From the NCBI GenBank assembly GCA_964270895.1, contig OZ185435.1: DNA of 64,000 bases; one strand, 5' to 3'. The translations under genes were made by a program, and so were the position numbers. Of the stretch, positions 20,830-31,750 are shown one piece after another (position 1 is the first letter of the stretch; each line of letters opens with the position of its first letter). The stretch is from Podarcis filfolensis (lineage: Eukaryota). The notes beneath the pieces are model-generated. The model was not told the origin of the DNA. It saw nothing but the letters and a program-made list of their open reading frames with translations, and did no database searches.

Positions 20830-23800
20830 ATGTCTCTGCAGCTTTTGAGTTGGAACATAAATGGCTGTAACAGTCCCGAAAAAAGGTCTAAAATTTTTCA
20901 TATTTTAAAAAAGGAACAATTGGACATTATATGCTTACAAGAAACGCATGTGATTAGGCTCCATAGAAAGGTGTTAATAAATAAAAGGCTTGGTCAAGAA
21001 TTTATATCATCGGATACAGTTAAAAAGAGAGGTGTAGTGATCTATGCAAAAGAGAGCCTTTCACCAAAATTTCTCTTTAAAGACGAAAGTGGAAGAATCC
21101 TCGCAATAGAAATACAGTATCAAGGAGAAAAAATTTTGATATTAGGAATTTATGCTCCAAATGAAGGAAAATCGGATTTTTATAAGAAGTTGCACGAGAT
21201 CATGCTGGACTATCTGGATTACAACAACGTCATCATGATGGGGGACATGAATGGGGTCGTATCAACAAATATGGATAAGTCACAGAACCAGAACATTATT
21301 AAAGAGGGAAGACTACCTAAGACCTTTTTTGAAATGACTGACAATATGGACTGGGTTGACATCTGGAGAGTTAGAAACCCCTTGGGAAGAGAAGGAACAT
21401 TCTTTTCTGAAGCTCAACTGACTTGGACACGAATCGACCAAATATGGATAACTAGAAGTCTGGCACCTAAGGTGAGGAAGGTGGAAATCTGCCCCAAAAC
21501 ATGCTCCGACCATAACGCCTTGAGAATGGATATGACATTGATCCCAATCGGCTCCTTTAGATGGAAGATGAATGATGGCCTGTTTAGAGATCAAAGAATT
21601 GTAAAGAAGGCCCAAAAAACCTTAAAGGACTATTTTGAGATTAATTTGAACACTACGGTGGAAAAAAGAACTATCTGGGATGCAAGTAAAGCTGTGATGA
21701 GAGGGTTCTTGATCCAACAGAATTCCTTAAAGAAAAGGCTGCAAAATGAAAAGAAAGATAAAATTCTGGAAAGTATCAAAGAGTTGGAGAAGAAGTTAAG
21801 ATCTAACCCGAAGTCCCAACCGATTCTGAGAGAAATTAAACTTTATCAGGCGCAATATTCCAAGCTGATAAATCAGGAAATAGAATGGAAGATTAAAACA
21901 ATGAAACAAAAAACTTTTGAATCGGCAAATAAATGTGGGAAACTGCTAGCTTGGCAGTTGAAAAGGAGACAAAGATTAAATACAGTAACAAACTTAGAGG
22001 TTGAAGGAAGGAACATTCAGAACCCGGGAGAGATTAGAAAGTGCTTCCAGAGGTATTTTAAAAAGTTATATACTCAAGGGCCACAAGATGAAATAGAGAT
22101 TACACAATTTTTGGAGAGAAATGGATTAGCAAAGCTGTCAGAAGAAAACAGAACAATTTTAAATGGCAAAATAACACAACAAGAGATTGAACAGGCCATC
22201 CTGAGTCTGAAACAGGGCAAATCACCAGGGCCAGATGGACTGACCTCTAACTACTATAAGACATTGAAGGATTATTTGATACAACCTTTGTTGGAGGTCA
22301 GTAATGAAATAATGGAGGGGAAGAAGGCGCCTGAATCGTGGAAAGAAGCATTTATCACATTGATTCCAAAGTCAGAAACTGAAAAGACACAACTTAAGAA
22401 TTACCGTCCCATCTCCCTTTTAAATGTGGATTACAAAATATTTGCAGATGTTTTGGCACGAAGATTTAAGAAAGTTTTAAGTGAGATAATCCATAAAGAC
22501 CAGGCAGGCTTTCTCCCGGGCAGACATATGTTTACTAACACAAGGAACATTATAGACATATTGGAACTTTTACAAACAAACATAAACACCAAAGCAGCTT
22601 TAATTTTTATAGACGCGGAGAAAGCCTTTGACAACATTTCTTGGAAATTTATGAAGGGGAACTTAAAAGAAATGGGAGTGGGACGGGGGTTTGAGAACGG
22701 GATTGAGGCAATATATTCAGAACAAAAGGCTAAACTGATAGTTAACAATGTGGTTACAGAAGAGTTTAAAATTGAAAAAGGTACACGACAAGGCTGCCCG
22801 ATTTCCCCATTACTGTTTATTTCGGTTCTGGAAGTGCTCCTGAATATGATTAGGGGGGACCGGTTGGTGGAAGGGATTCAGGTCGGAGCGAAACAATATA
22901 AACTTAAAGCTTTTGCAGATGACCTAGTTCTGACATTACAGGAGCCGGAGTCTAGTTTGAAAAGAGTACTACAACTGATTCAAAACTTTGGTCGAGTGGC
23001 AGGATTTAAGTTAAATAAGCAAAAAACTAAAGTTCTGGGGAAAAACATGACAGATATTGAGTTGGAACAGCTTCAGAAAGAGACAGAACTAAATGTGGTT
23101 AAAAAAGTTAAATACCTAGGGGTAAACATAACAGCAAAAAATCTGAGTTTATTTAAAGATAATTATGAAAAATGTTGGTCAGAGATTAAGAGAGACTTGG
23201 ATAGTTGGTCAAGATTAAAACTTTCATTGCTAGGCCGAATAGCTGCCATCAAGATGAATGTATTGCCAAAAATGTTATTTTTGTTTCAGACACTGCAGAT
23301 TGTAGACAAGACAGAGTGCTTCCGGAAGTGGCAGAAAGATATCTCTAAATTTGTCTGGCAGGGCAAAAAGCCCAGAATCAAATTTAAAATATTAACAGAT
23401 GCGAAAGAAAGAGGGGGCTTTGCCCTGCCAGACTTAAAGTTGTATTATGAAGCTGCAGCTTTCTGCTGGTTAAAAGATTGGTTACTTCTTGAAGATACGG
23501 ATGTCTTGGATTTGGAAGGTTTTAATAATGCGTTTGGATGGCATGCATATTTATGGTATGATAAAGCTAAGATAAATAAGGCCTTCAAGAACCATATTGT
23601 CAGAAAATCAGTTTTTAATGTCTGGACAAAATATAAAGACTTACTGGAGAACAAAACTCCGAGGTGGCTGTCACCCCTGGAGGCTAAGGCTCGGAAAAGA
23701 GCCAATATGGAGGCCAATTGGCCAAAATATTGGGAGATAATAGAAAAGGATGGTGACAACTGGAAATTGCAGAGTTTAGAAAAGATGAGAGACAAAGTGC

Positions 23801-24570
23801 GAGACTGGTTACACTATGCTCAGATTAAAGAAGTGTTTAAAAACGACAAAAAGTTAGGATTCCAAGTGGAAAAGTCAAAGTTAGAAACTGAACTGTTAGA
23901 ACCTAAGACTAAGGTACTTTCAAGAATGTATAACTTGCTGCTGAAATGGAACACACATGACGAAATGGTAAAATCAACAATGATAAAATGGGCGCAGGAT
24001 ATTGGGTATAATATTATGTTTGAAGATTGGGAAAGGTTGTGGACCTCTGGGCTGAACTTCACTGCATGTAATGCGTTGAAGGAAAATGTGATGAAAATGA
24101 TGTATAGATGGTACATGACCCCTGTCAAACTGGCTAAAATATACCATTCGTCTGATAGCAAATGTTGGAAGTGTAAGGAAAATGAAGGAACATTTTTTCA
24201 CCTCTGGTGGACCTGCCCTAGAGTGAAGGCCTTTTGGGAGAAAATATATAATGAATTAAAAAAGGTGTTTAAATACACCTTTACTAAGAAAGCAGAGGCC
24301 TTTCTCCTGGGTATTGTCGGCCAGAGTGTGTTAAAAGAGGACAGAACATTCTTTTTGTACGCAACAACAGCAGCAAGAATATTAATTGCCAAGAATTGGA
24401 AAACTCAGGAGCTACCCACTGTGGAAGAATGGCAGATGCAACTGATGGACTATATGCAACTAGCCGAGATGACCGGCAGAATTCGAGACCAGGGAGAAGA
24501 AAGGATGGAAGAAGACTGGAGGAAATTTAAGACTTATTTACAAAAATATTGTAATCTGGCTGAGTGCTGA
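20830..24570 (+). CDS. L1 ORF2p (APE endonuclease, reverse transcriptase, Cys-rich C terminus), 1246 aa
   Basis: SWNING, LQETH, GDMN, RID, SDH (APE); PGPDG, YRPISLLN, DAEKAFD, GTRQGCP, FADD, KYLG (RT); CWKC...HLWWTC. Confidence 0.97.
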   Translation: MSLQLLSWNINGCNSPEKRSKIFHILKKEQLDIICLQETHVIRLHRKVLINKRLGQEFISSDTVKKRGVVIYAKESLSPKFLFKDESGRILAIEIQYQGEKILILGIYAPNEGKSDFYKKLHEIMLDYLDYNNVIMMGDMNGVVSTNMDKSQNQNIIKEGRLPKTFFEMTDNMDWVDIWRVRNPLGREGTFFSEAQLTWTRIDQIWITRSLAPKVRKVEICPKTCSDHNALRMDMTLIPIGSFRWKMNDGLFRDQRIVKKAQKTLKDYFEINLNTTVEKRTIWDASKAVMRGFLIQQNSLKKRLQNEKKDKILESIKELEKKLRSNPKSQPILREIKLYQAQYSKLINQEIEWKIKTMKQKTFESANKCGKLLAWQLKRRQRLNTVTNLEVEGRNIQNPGEIRKCFQRYFKKLYTQGPQDEIEITQFLERNGLAKLSEENRTILNGKITQQEIEQAILSLKQGKSPGPDGLTSNYYKTLKDYLIQPLLEVSNEIMEGKKAPESWKEAFITLIPKSETEKTQLKNYRPISLLNVDYKIFADVLARRFKKVLSEIIHKDQAGFLPGRHMFTNTRNIIDILELLQTNINTKAALIFIDAEKAFDNISWKFMKGNLKEMGVGRGFENGIEAIYSEQKAKLIVNNVVTEEFKIEKGTRQGCPISPLLFISVLEVLLNMIRGDRLVEGIQVGAKQYKLKAFADDLVLTLQEPESSLKRVLQLIQNFGRVAGFKLNKQKTKVLGKNMTDIELEQLQKETELNVVKKVKYLGVNITAKNLSLFKDNYEKCWSEIKRDLDSWSRLKLSLLGRIAAIKMNVLPKMLFLFQTLQIVDKTECFRKWQKDISKFVWQGKKPRIKFKILTDAKERGGFALPDLKLYYEAAAFCWLKDWLLLEDTDVLDLEGFNNAFGWHAYLWYDKAKINKAFKNHIVRKSVFNVWTKYKDLLENKTPRWLSPLEAKARKRANMEANWPKYWEIIEKDGDNWKLQSLEKMRDKVRDWLHYAQIKEVFKNDKKLGFQVEKSKLETELLEPKTKVLSRMYNLLLKWNTHDEMVKSTMIKWAQDIGYNIMFEDWERLWTSGLNFTACNALKENVMKMMYRWYMTPVKLAKIYHSSDSKCWKCKENEGTFFHLWWTCPRVKAFWEKIYNELKKVFKYTFTKKAEAFLLGIVGQSVLKEDRTFFLYATTAARILIAKNWKTQELPTVEEWQMQLMDYMQLAEMTGRIRDQGEERMEEDWRKFKTYLQKYCNLAEC

Positions 24571-25400
24571 ATAGGATGCCAGTGCAGACAATTGTCTACC
24601 ATTAAAATAGATTTAAAGTCGAATTATATGTCAAACCAAATTAAGATTATTAATTAAGATGAGTTAAATGATAATTTGCTTGAAAATAATTTAATAATGA
24701 TGTAAGTGTATGCGGGAGGTGTGGGGGAGTCCCATGTAACAATTGAAAGATGTTAAATGGACAACGATAAGTGCTTATTTGATATATGTTTTATTTGAAA
24801 ACTTTAATAAATATATTATAAAAAAAAAAAAAAAAAAAAAAATGTGCTTGTTCTAACTTGTCAGACAGCTAATGGTAGCAAAACTGTCAGACAAGTAATT
24901 ACCATTTGGTAATAAGGATTGTTACCTTAATAATTACTGTTACCATTAATATTATTTAATGTTAATAAGGATTATACACTATTTGTATTGCATATTGACT
25001 TGAATAAGATACAGATTTAATAGCCCCCACTCTATAAATGTGAGGGCCACCTCATTTCCTTTCTATATTACTGGCAAAAGAATTAAGAATGCAATATGGT
25101 GCATACTTACTTGGCAGTAAAGCCCCCACTAACACTTAGTTTTCAAGTGGTTGGCATAGAACTGTGACATAAATCTACCTTCCATACAATAAATATAATA
25201 GTTAAAACTGGGTTTTTAAAAATGCTATAATGGCAAAATGTTTATAGAGGGCAAAGTTGAGAGCAGGTAGATAGGGCTGTGAAGCATGGAAATCAACACT
25301 CTTGAGTGCAAGGGGTTTATGAGGGTTGCGGGGGGGGCGGGTCGAGTCTGGGAAAAACTCCACGGGGAAGGTACAGGGGGAAGAAACTGATTTCAGTAGT

Positions 25401-25528
25401 GGGTGCCACCAGATAGGTTAGAGCGTGGTGCTATAATGCCAAGGTTGTAGGTTTGATGCCTGCGTATATGGGTTGGACTAGATGATGCTCAGGGGCCCTT
25501 CCAACTCTATGATTCTATGAATCTATGA
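25401..25528 (+). mobile_element. tRNA-Ile-derived SINE with CR1-like 3' tail (Squam3-like, name tentative)
   Basis: Head GTTAGAGCGTGGTGCTATAATGCCAAGGTTG resembles tRNA-Ile; tail GGACTAGATGATGCTC...TTCCAACTCTATGATTCTATG is CR1-type. Confidence 0.75.
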
Positions 25529-26549
25529 ACTCCTGAGAAGAAGAAGCTGTATCTATTAGAACCTAGTGCAAACTCATCCTTGGATAACATTGCATGGAGA
25601 GAAAAAATTAACTGTGAAAACCTGTCCATTAAAATGTTAACATGTTTAGCAAATATTACTTGCTATAGTCTAGAAATATTTTAACTAATAGCCTCCCATC
25701 CACCCTGTATATAGGCTGCCTTATTCAGATTCAGTTTCATTCCATGACACTCATTAATATTTGAGCTAAGTTAAAGTTGAATACTATAAACGATCAGGAT
25801 ATTAAGTCTTTTAGATTAATTGAGTAGGGCATGTGTTAATGAGCTGGGGGTTTGGCCAATAACATTTCTATTCTTTAAAAGGTATATTAACTTTTCAATT
25901 TATTAAGATAATATTTATATTTAACCAAGAAAATCCTTCTGAGACCTAAAAAGTTGGTCGTGGTTTTGTTGCAATATGGTTTTCAATATAGAAACACTGG
26001 CATTTATAATATACACATTTGTAACAGGTAACATCTGTGCAAATGAGCTGTTAAATGAAAGAAAATGTGTACTTAAAACCCCCTAACCTAAAACTTGCTA
26101 CATCATATTCGCACCCACTTCATATCATATTCATTTTGAAACAGTGAATGTGTAATTTAATTCAATTATGAACTTTAAAAAGTGTGTGTTGTGCTTTAAT
26201 ACATGTACACAATTGTGAATGCAATTTTTCCTGTTCTTCCTCAAAAGATCCAGATGCCGAGCCATGGAAGATGTTTTTTTTAGCAAGAGCATCTGGTCCC
26301 TTGGCAGATTCCATAGGCAGTGGCATAGCAGCTTTGGAGTTGCCTCTGGGTTTATCACATGGTTAGGTTGCTGATGGCTCACTTGGCATCCCTTCTATTT
26401 CCTTTTAAGTCACCTAAGCTTTGTGGACTCTGCTTTCTGCCCTGTTAATTCTCAGAGAGTTCAATAGTATAGAGACCAGTATGATGCAGTTATGCATCTG
26501 ATAAAGCTAGGCTCAAAAGAGCTGCTCAGACCAACATTCTATATCACAG

Positions 26550-26695
26550 TAGAAATATATATAAGAAATAAAAAAATTGTCCAGTAGCACCTTAGAAGTG
26601 TGAAAGCTCATACCAAGAACAAAACTTAGTTGGTCTCTTAAGTTGCTACTGGACAAATATTCCTACAGCATCAGACCAACACTGCTACCTACCTG
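26550..26695. mobile_element. Penelope-like element terminal fragment with inverted end
   Basis: 14-bp flanking duplication ATTCTATATCACAG (26536-26549 and 26696-26709); inverted repeat TTGTCCAGTAGCA...TGCTACTGGACAA; GAAAGCTCATACCAAGAACAAAACTTAGTTGGTCTC resembles squamate Penelope termini as I recall them. Confidence 0.65.
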
Positions 26696-28205
26696 ATTCT
26701 ATATCACAGCCTGCTTTTGATCCACCCATTGGTTTTAAAAGCAGTTTAGCATGGATTGCTGCAGTTCAGAAAAAGCAAGTCCAAATCATCCATTTTATGA
26801 AAGTAGTTCAATGACTGTTTTAATCCTGGCCTTACAATACTCTTATGATATTTCCAGTATCATCAACGGTAGTAGTATGTCCAGCGAAATTCTGGTTGAA
26901 GAACATATGAAGCATAGAAAGAACCTTGCCTCCCACCCAAATACTGACTTAACTGCAAAGGCTACTTTGATATGTCTTTTGTTGCTCAGACATAGCAGCA
27001 GAGGACATGAGGGAGAAACAAGTACAAGTCTCATGCACAGCAATTCATATGTCAAAACAAGTACATTATTCCTGAAGATTAAATGGAGCCACTGCAAAGG
27101 TTAGATAATTGGTATAAGGTTCCAACAGTCATCAATATGTCCACCATCAACCTCTAGGCAGTGATTATCAGTGAAGATCATAAAAGGAATGTCTTTGCCA
27201 TAATTGGGTTGTTAGCCAAAATGAGAATAGCCTATGTTGCATTCAAGCAGGGAGGGGCCCACCCATGAGGCAAGGTGAGGCGACCACCTTGGATGGCAGA
27301 ATCCACAGGGGCAGCAAATCTGGCCTCCAAGGAATGCATTGCCCACTGTTGCTGCTGTGGTGGCAGCAATGGTGAATCTCTTTTGCTGTTTTTTTGAGCT
27401 ACAATCTGGTTGCATATTGATGAATTGATGTCAACCATATTGATCAGAACCTCCCAGTTTCTCATTTTATTTTTCTGCTACTTCTTCTTCTGAGTTCTGT
27501 ATCTCAGATTCTCCCCTTGTGCACCCACCCCACCCTATCTTCTCCCTTGTACCTGACCACTGGAACTTTGACCTGGCTTTCCTTCATTACTAGCATCAAC
27601 ATTAAATTCAAATTTCCCATCCTCAGCTATAGTGATGGAACTTAGTCCCATCCTTTCCTTTCTCTCTCACTTTCTTAGCTTTAACCTTCATTTTTTTCTG
27701 CAAACCACTTGTACCCTATGTCTGCCAGCTCAATGTAGTAGATCCAAGTTTGGTTTAGGATGCTGTAGTCTTCCATTTCATTCTCCGTGTAGCTGACCTG
27801 GCTTCAGTTTCTGGAGCAACAAAGGAAGCAGAGTCATGTTTTCGTTTTGAACTAGTCTTAAAACGTTATTGCTTCAACCGTGTCACTATCTTTTTGTGAG
27901 CCAATGTAAAAATGTGGCAGTAACATTTAGAGCTATTTTAAATTTATAACTAGACTGAAAAGAGCTGTTGTAATGCATGGATTTCTGTGGTGACTGAATA
28001 ATGCATCTTAAAATTCATGATTTTGGACTCTGTTAATATTTATTTATTTATTTAGTCACTAGTCAAGAGCTACAAAGCTAGCATTTCAAATATTTCAAAT
28101 ATTTCTGTTAAAGTATCCACTTTCCATTTCCACTGTACATTTTTTGTTTGGGGTAAACAAGTTTTTAAAATTATTGTTTCCCATTCAAATTTATTTCCTG
28201 CTCAT

Positions 28206-28727
28206 CACTGGCAATAGTGTGGGGGGTGGCGGGGGGCCCGCTGCCCCAGGCGCACAGTGGGGAGGGGCACGTGAACCAGGTGCCCCCCATAGAGATCCCC
28301 ACTGCAACTGGGTGTGGAGGTTTAAGAGCAGCACCCTCCATGCCCTGTCCCTGCCCAGCACGCAAGCGCCCACCTGTTGGCGCAAGGGTGGGGTGAGCAG
28401 AGCGTGAAGAGCATCTGCGCCTAACCTCCGATGAGCGGGCACTCTTGTACTGGGCAGGGGCCGGCAAAGTGCAGAGGGTGCTGTTCCCCCTCCAGTTGCC
28501 CAGCCCTTGCTCCCTGATGAGTGGCCAGGCTGCAGCCGGCAGCTCCACTCCCGAGTCATGCCTGCCCTAGGGTTGGGGCAGAGAAAGGAGAGTCAGGGCA
28601 GCACTGCCACCCCTCTCCTCAGCTGGGTGACACCGTGTCAGGATGCTGCCAAGGCAGCATTTTCGCACCCAGCCAGGAGCAGTGAGCTCTCTCCATGCCC
28701 TGCATGGCTGGAGCATACGCGCGACTG
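28206..28727. mobile_element. GC-rich probable non-autonomous DNA element (decayed)
   Basis: Abrupt GC-rich block whose left end resembles the 49492 element. TIR and TSD could not be fixed, so the boundaries are approximate. Confidence 0.35.
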
Positions 28728-28959
28728 CTGTTGCCCATGGCTTCAATGGTTTTCTAAATCTGTTACAGGTTTTTAAATGAGCAGTTAACGTAATATTCTC
28801 AGAACTGGATTTTATAAGCTGGGACCAGTACTTCAGCAGTGGTATAGTGGAGGTGAAGCACAGGGAAGTACTGTTGTAGGACATTTTTCTGGCAGGAGCA
28901 ATGATATCACCTGGTGGAGCAAGTTGAGTTCAGGGTGGGATGCGAGTACCCCACTTTAT

Positions 28960-29080
28960 TTGCATAATAATAACCCTGTGAGATATGCTAGTCTTCGGCC
29001 AAGTGAACTCACCAGAGACCTTTGTGGCTGATTAGGGATGTGAACCAAGATTTCAGCTAACGTCCAGTGTGCTCACCTGT
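28960..29080 (-). mobile_element. MIR/CORE-SINE relic
   Basis: AATAACCCTGTGAG...GGCTGATTAGGGATGTGAACCAAG includes a reversed B-box-like GGATGTGAACC. Confidence 0.5.
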
Positions 29081-30683
29081 GCACCGTTTGCTAGTATCCT
29101 ATTCTATGACTGTCAGCTGATCCTAATAAATTTTATTATGTATTATTAAATGTATATACATACCACCCTTCAGCTGAAGATCACAGGGCTGTTCACAGTA
29201 CATATATTGTGTATGCTCCTGTTTGAGAGGGAGTGTCTGTATGCGGGAAAAATTATAATAAATCAAAATTTTTGAATTCTCCTTTAAAGTGTGGTTATGA
29301 AGGTTATCATGGTAAACCCCTGAACTTCAATATGTACCACTATATCACAGTTCCAGGCTCTGAAAATAGGTTTAGTGGCAGTGGCCAACATGATCACATT
29401 CTTTCATAACTGCAGCAGCATATATACATTGAGTCATCTTTATACAATAGCAGGATACCCCTTTTGGTTAGGTTATAAAATGTCAGAGATATTATGGGAT
29501 GCTTTAGCACTTCAGTGTTTGCCTGATGTTGGTTAAAGGAAAAATGGGTCACATGGAATGTAAGCTGCTTCTAAGTGGAGACTCCACACAGTACTATTCT
29601 AGACTTGTACCCATTGGAGTGTCTATGCTCAGGATGGTTGATGTACTTTCTTACTTTGTGGATGTATTACCTCTGAAAAGTAATGCCTTTGGACTAAGAA
29701 TGTCCCAGTTGCCTTGCTGACATCCTTGAATGAATTTGCCTGGAGCTGGAATAGGGATAATTGAATACTCGGTAGTGTACATTCTCTTCTCTGTCTATCC
29801 TAACTGTGTCTCTGGACTTGAAAATGTCAGGTCTTCCAAATGGGCTATCTGTTGCAGAGTACAAGTTGAAGAAACTGGACCCACGTTTGGGGGGGGGGGA
29901 TTCTGGTCTGTTTCCTGGGAGATGGTAAGAAGTCCCAAGTTGAAATGGGACAAATTGATGGACAAATACAGCAGTGTGAACTATGTGAAGAAAGTTGGGG
30001 TATAAATGTTCAGATAGACCTTGCTAACTAACAAACAAAACCCTAGATTCCTTTTCTTCCCCAGTTGTTTTGTTCTGTTGTCATCATAATCAAATCAAAT
30101 TTGCACAGGAAATGCATATATCATATACAAAAACTTTTGCAACAGTTCCCAACTGCTAGTGCACAGTTAAATAGCCCACTAAAAGGAATGATCCTAAGAA
30201 TGAGCATGTTAGTTTATGTACCATAGCCAAGGGGGTGTTGATAAGATACCAGGCTCCAGCAGCAGAACAAGTAATTACTCAGTACATAAAGAAGAGTTGT
30301 GAAATCAAGAGTTCAAACAGAGGAGCAAAAACCACAGCATTCATCCGAAATATTTAATTTCAGCAGAATCTTAAAGCTTGTGTCCTGTTTGTTTAGTGAT
30401 TGTGTGACATAGCAGTGGAGTGGAATAGGTTGGTCTTGCCCTTCAGGTGATATACGGAAGTCATACCTATGGATGTGAATGGGCTTTCCCCCCAGTCCAG
30501 TGGGTTGAGTACTATAGACTTAGCGAAACAAACAGAAAACTATTATTTTTTCTCTGTTAAAAAACTAAAGTACTGACTCTACATGCATTTGTCTAGCCAC
30601 TGAGTCATAGAGCATGTGCAGTATTGTGTAACTTTCATTTCTTTGGAGGCTTGTTATATTAGAAAAAGTGCTCCAAAGAAAGC

Positions 30684-30823
30684 NNNNNNNNNNNNNNNNN
30701 NNNNNNNNNNNNNNNNNNNNNNNNNNNNNNNNNNNNNNNNNNNNNNNNNNNNNNNNNNNNNNNNNNNNNNNNNNNNNNNNNNNNNNNNNNNNNNNNNNNN
30801 NNNNNNNNNNNNNNNNNNNNNNN
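30684..30823. other. Assembly gap (140 N)
   Basis: Run of N. Confidence 0.99.
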
Positions 30824-31478
30824 TTACATACAAACCACCTGGTTTTTTTCCACTAATAAGGCAAATTTTATACAGATTTACTTGTTAAAGAGGGAATAGG
30901 ATCTTCCCTGTTTATAGTGGTAGAACTATTGCTACTGCTAATTCAAGGTGAGGTTTTAAGGTTGGTTGCTAGAGAGAAATTGAACTTACCTAAGCTTTGT
31001 TCAGAAAAGACCATATAATGTTTTAGGAAGAGTTATACTCACCTTTACAAGTAGGAATTTACGTTTCTATTCAAATTAGCACTAAAATATATTTGACATG
31101 TAAATTGTACTTACAGGTAAAATATAAAATCTGTTGACTGCCTCATATCAATGAAAAGCAACAGGGTGTTAATCAAAAGAAATATCTGCAGATTACTATA
31201 ATATTGCATGATAGTTACTTGCACTCCAATTTTAAATATATTTGATGGGGTTTTTTAGATGTGCTTTATATTCAAGAGAGCTAACCACTTTCTTCATTAA
31301 ACTGCCATTTAGGCCTTAACCTAGAAGTCTTGCCTCTTGAATGACACTGTCCAGTGCCTGCCAGGAAGATGGGAGATTCTCTGTTACCACACCCCTAGGG
31401 CCTCATAATATTTCAGCTATCATTTATAAAGTGCTGAAGCAGATAATCCTAAGGAGAAGAGTTATTCTTGTTTTGCAG

Positions 31479-31628
31479 CAACTCTATGCCGCTCAGTTGG
31501 CCAGCATGCAGGTTTCGCCTGGAGCAAAGATGCCCTCCACCCCTCAGCCGCCAAACACAACAGGGGCACTTTCACCTACTGGGATGAAAAACGAAAAGAG
31601 AGGGACCAGCCCTATAACTCAAGTTAAG
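31479..31628 (+). CDS. SOX6: SOX6 internal coding exon ([15 protein letters not shown]...[10 protein letters not shown]), phase 0/0, 150 nt
   Basis: Acceptor ttgttttgcag|CAA and donor AAG|gtattt. The 50-aa translation closely matches the vertebrate SOX6 segment [26 protein letters not shown] as I recall it. Confidence 0.97.
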
Positions 31629-31728
31629 GTATTTCTTTAAGTTTCCTTTCGTGAATATTCCCACTGATACAATGCAATATAATAATTTCAAACAAGCAAA
31701 TCCGGTGGTATTTCAGCTCTCCGGGGTC

Positions 31729-31750
31729 GGACCTTATGACCCTGTGAACT
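31729..31750 (-). promoter_or_regulatory. Candidate DR2 nuclear-receptor element (RARE-like), three half-sites
   Basis: Minus strand reads AGTTCA-ca-GGGTCA-ta-AGGTCC. The first pair matches RGKTCA-N2-RGKTCA exactly. Function untested. Confidence 0.45.

Larger units (their letters stand above)
18732..24840 (+). mobile_element. Full-length L1-clade LINE, apparently intact (~6.1 kb)
   Basis: 14-bp TSD AATGTGCTTGTTCT (18718-18731 and 24841-24854), ~1.05-kb 5'UTR, intact ORF1 and ORF2, AATAAA at 24806-24811 and poly(A) from 24820. Confidence 0.96.

Noticed and set aside
26751-27104. 117-aa ORF containing ASHP, considered as the mammalian alternative SOX6 exon (KGHVSHPQINQRLKG...)
   Set aside because: Only 3-4 residues match and there are no fitting splice sites. 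That exon, if present, should lie near the upstream exon outside the window.
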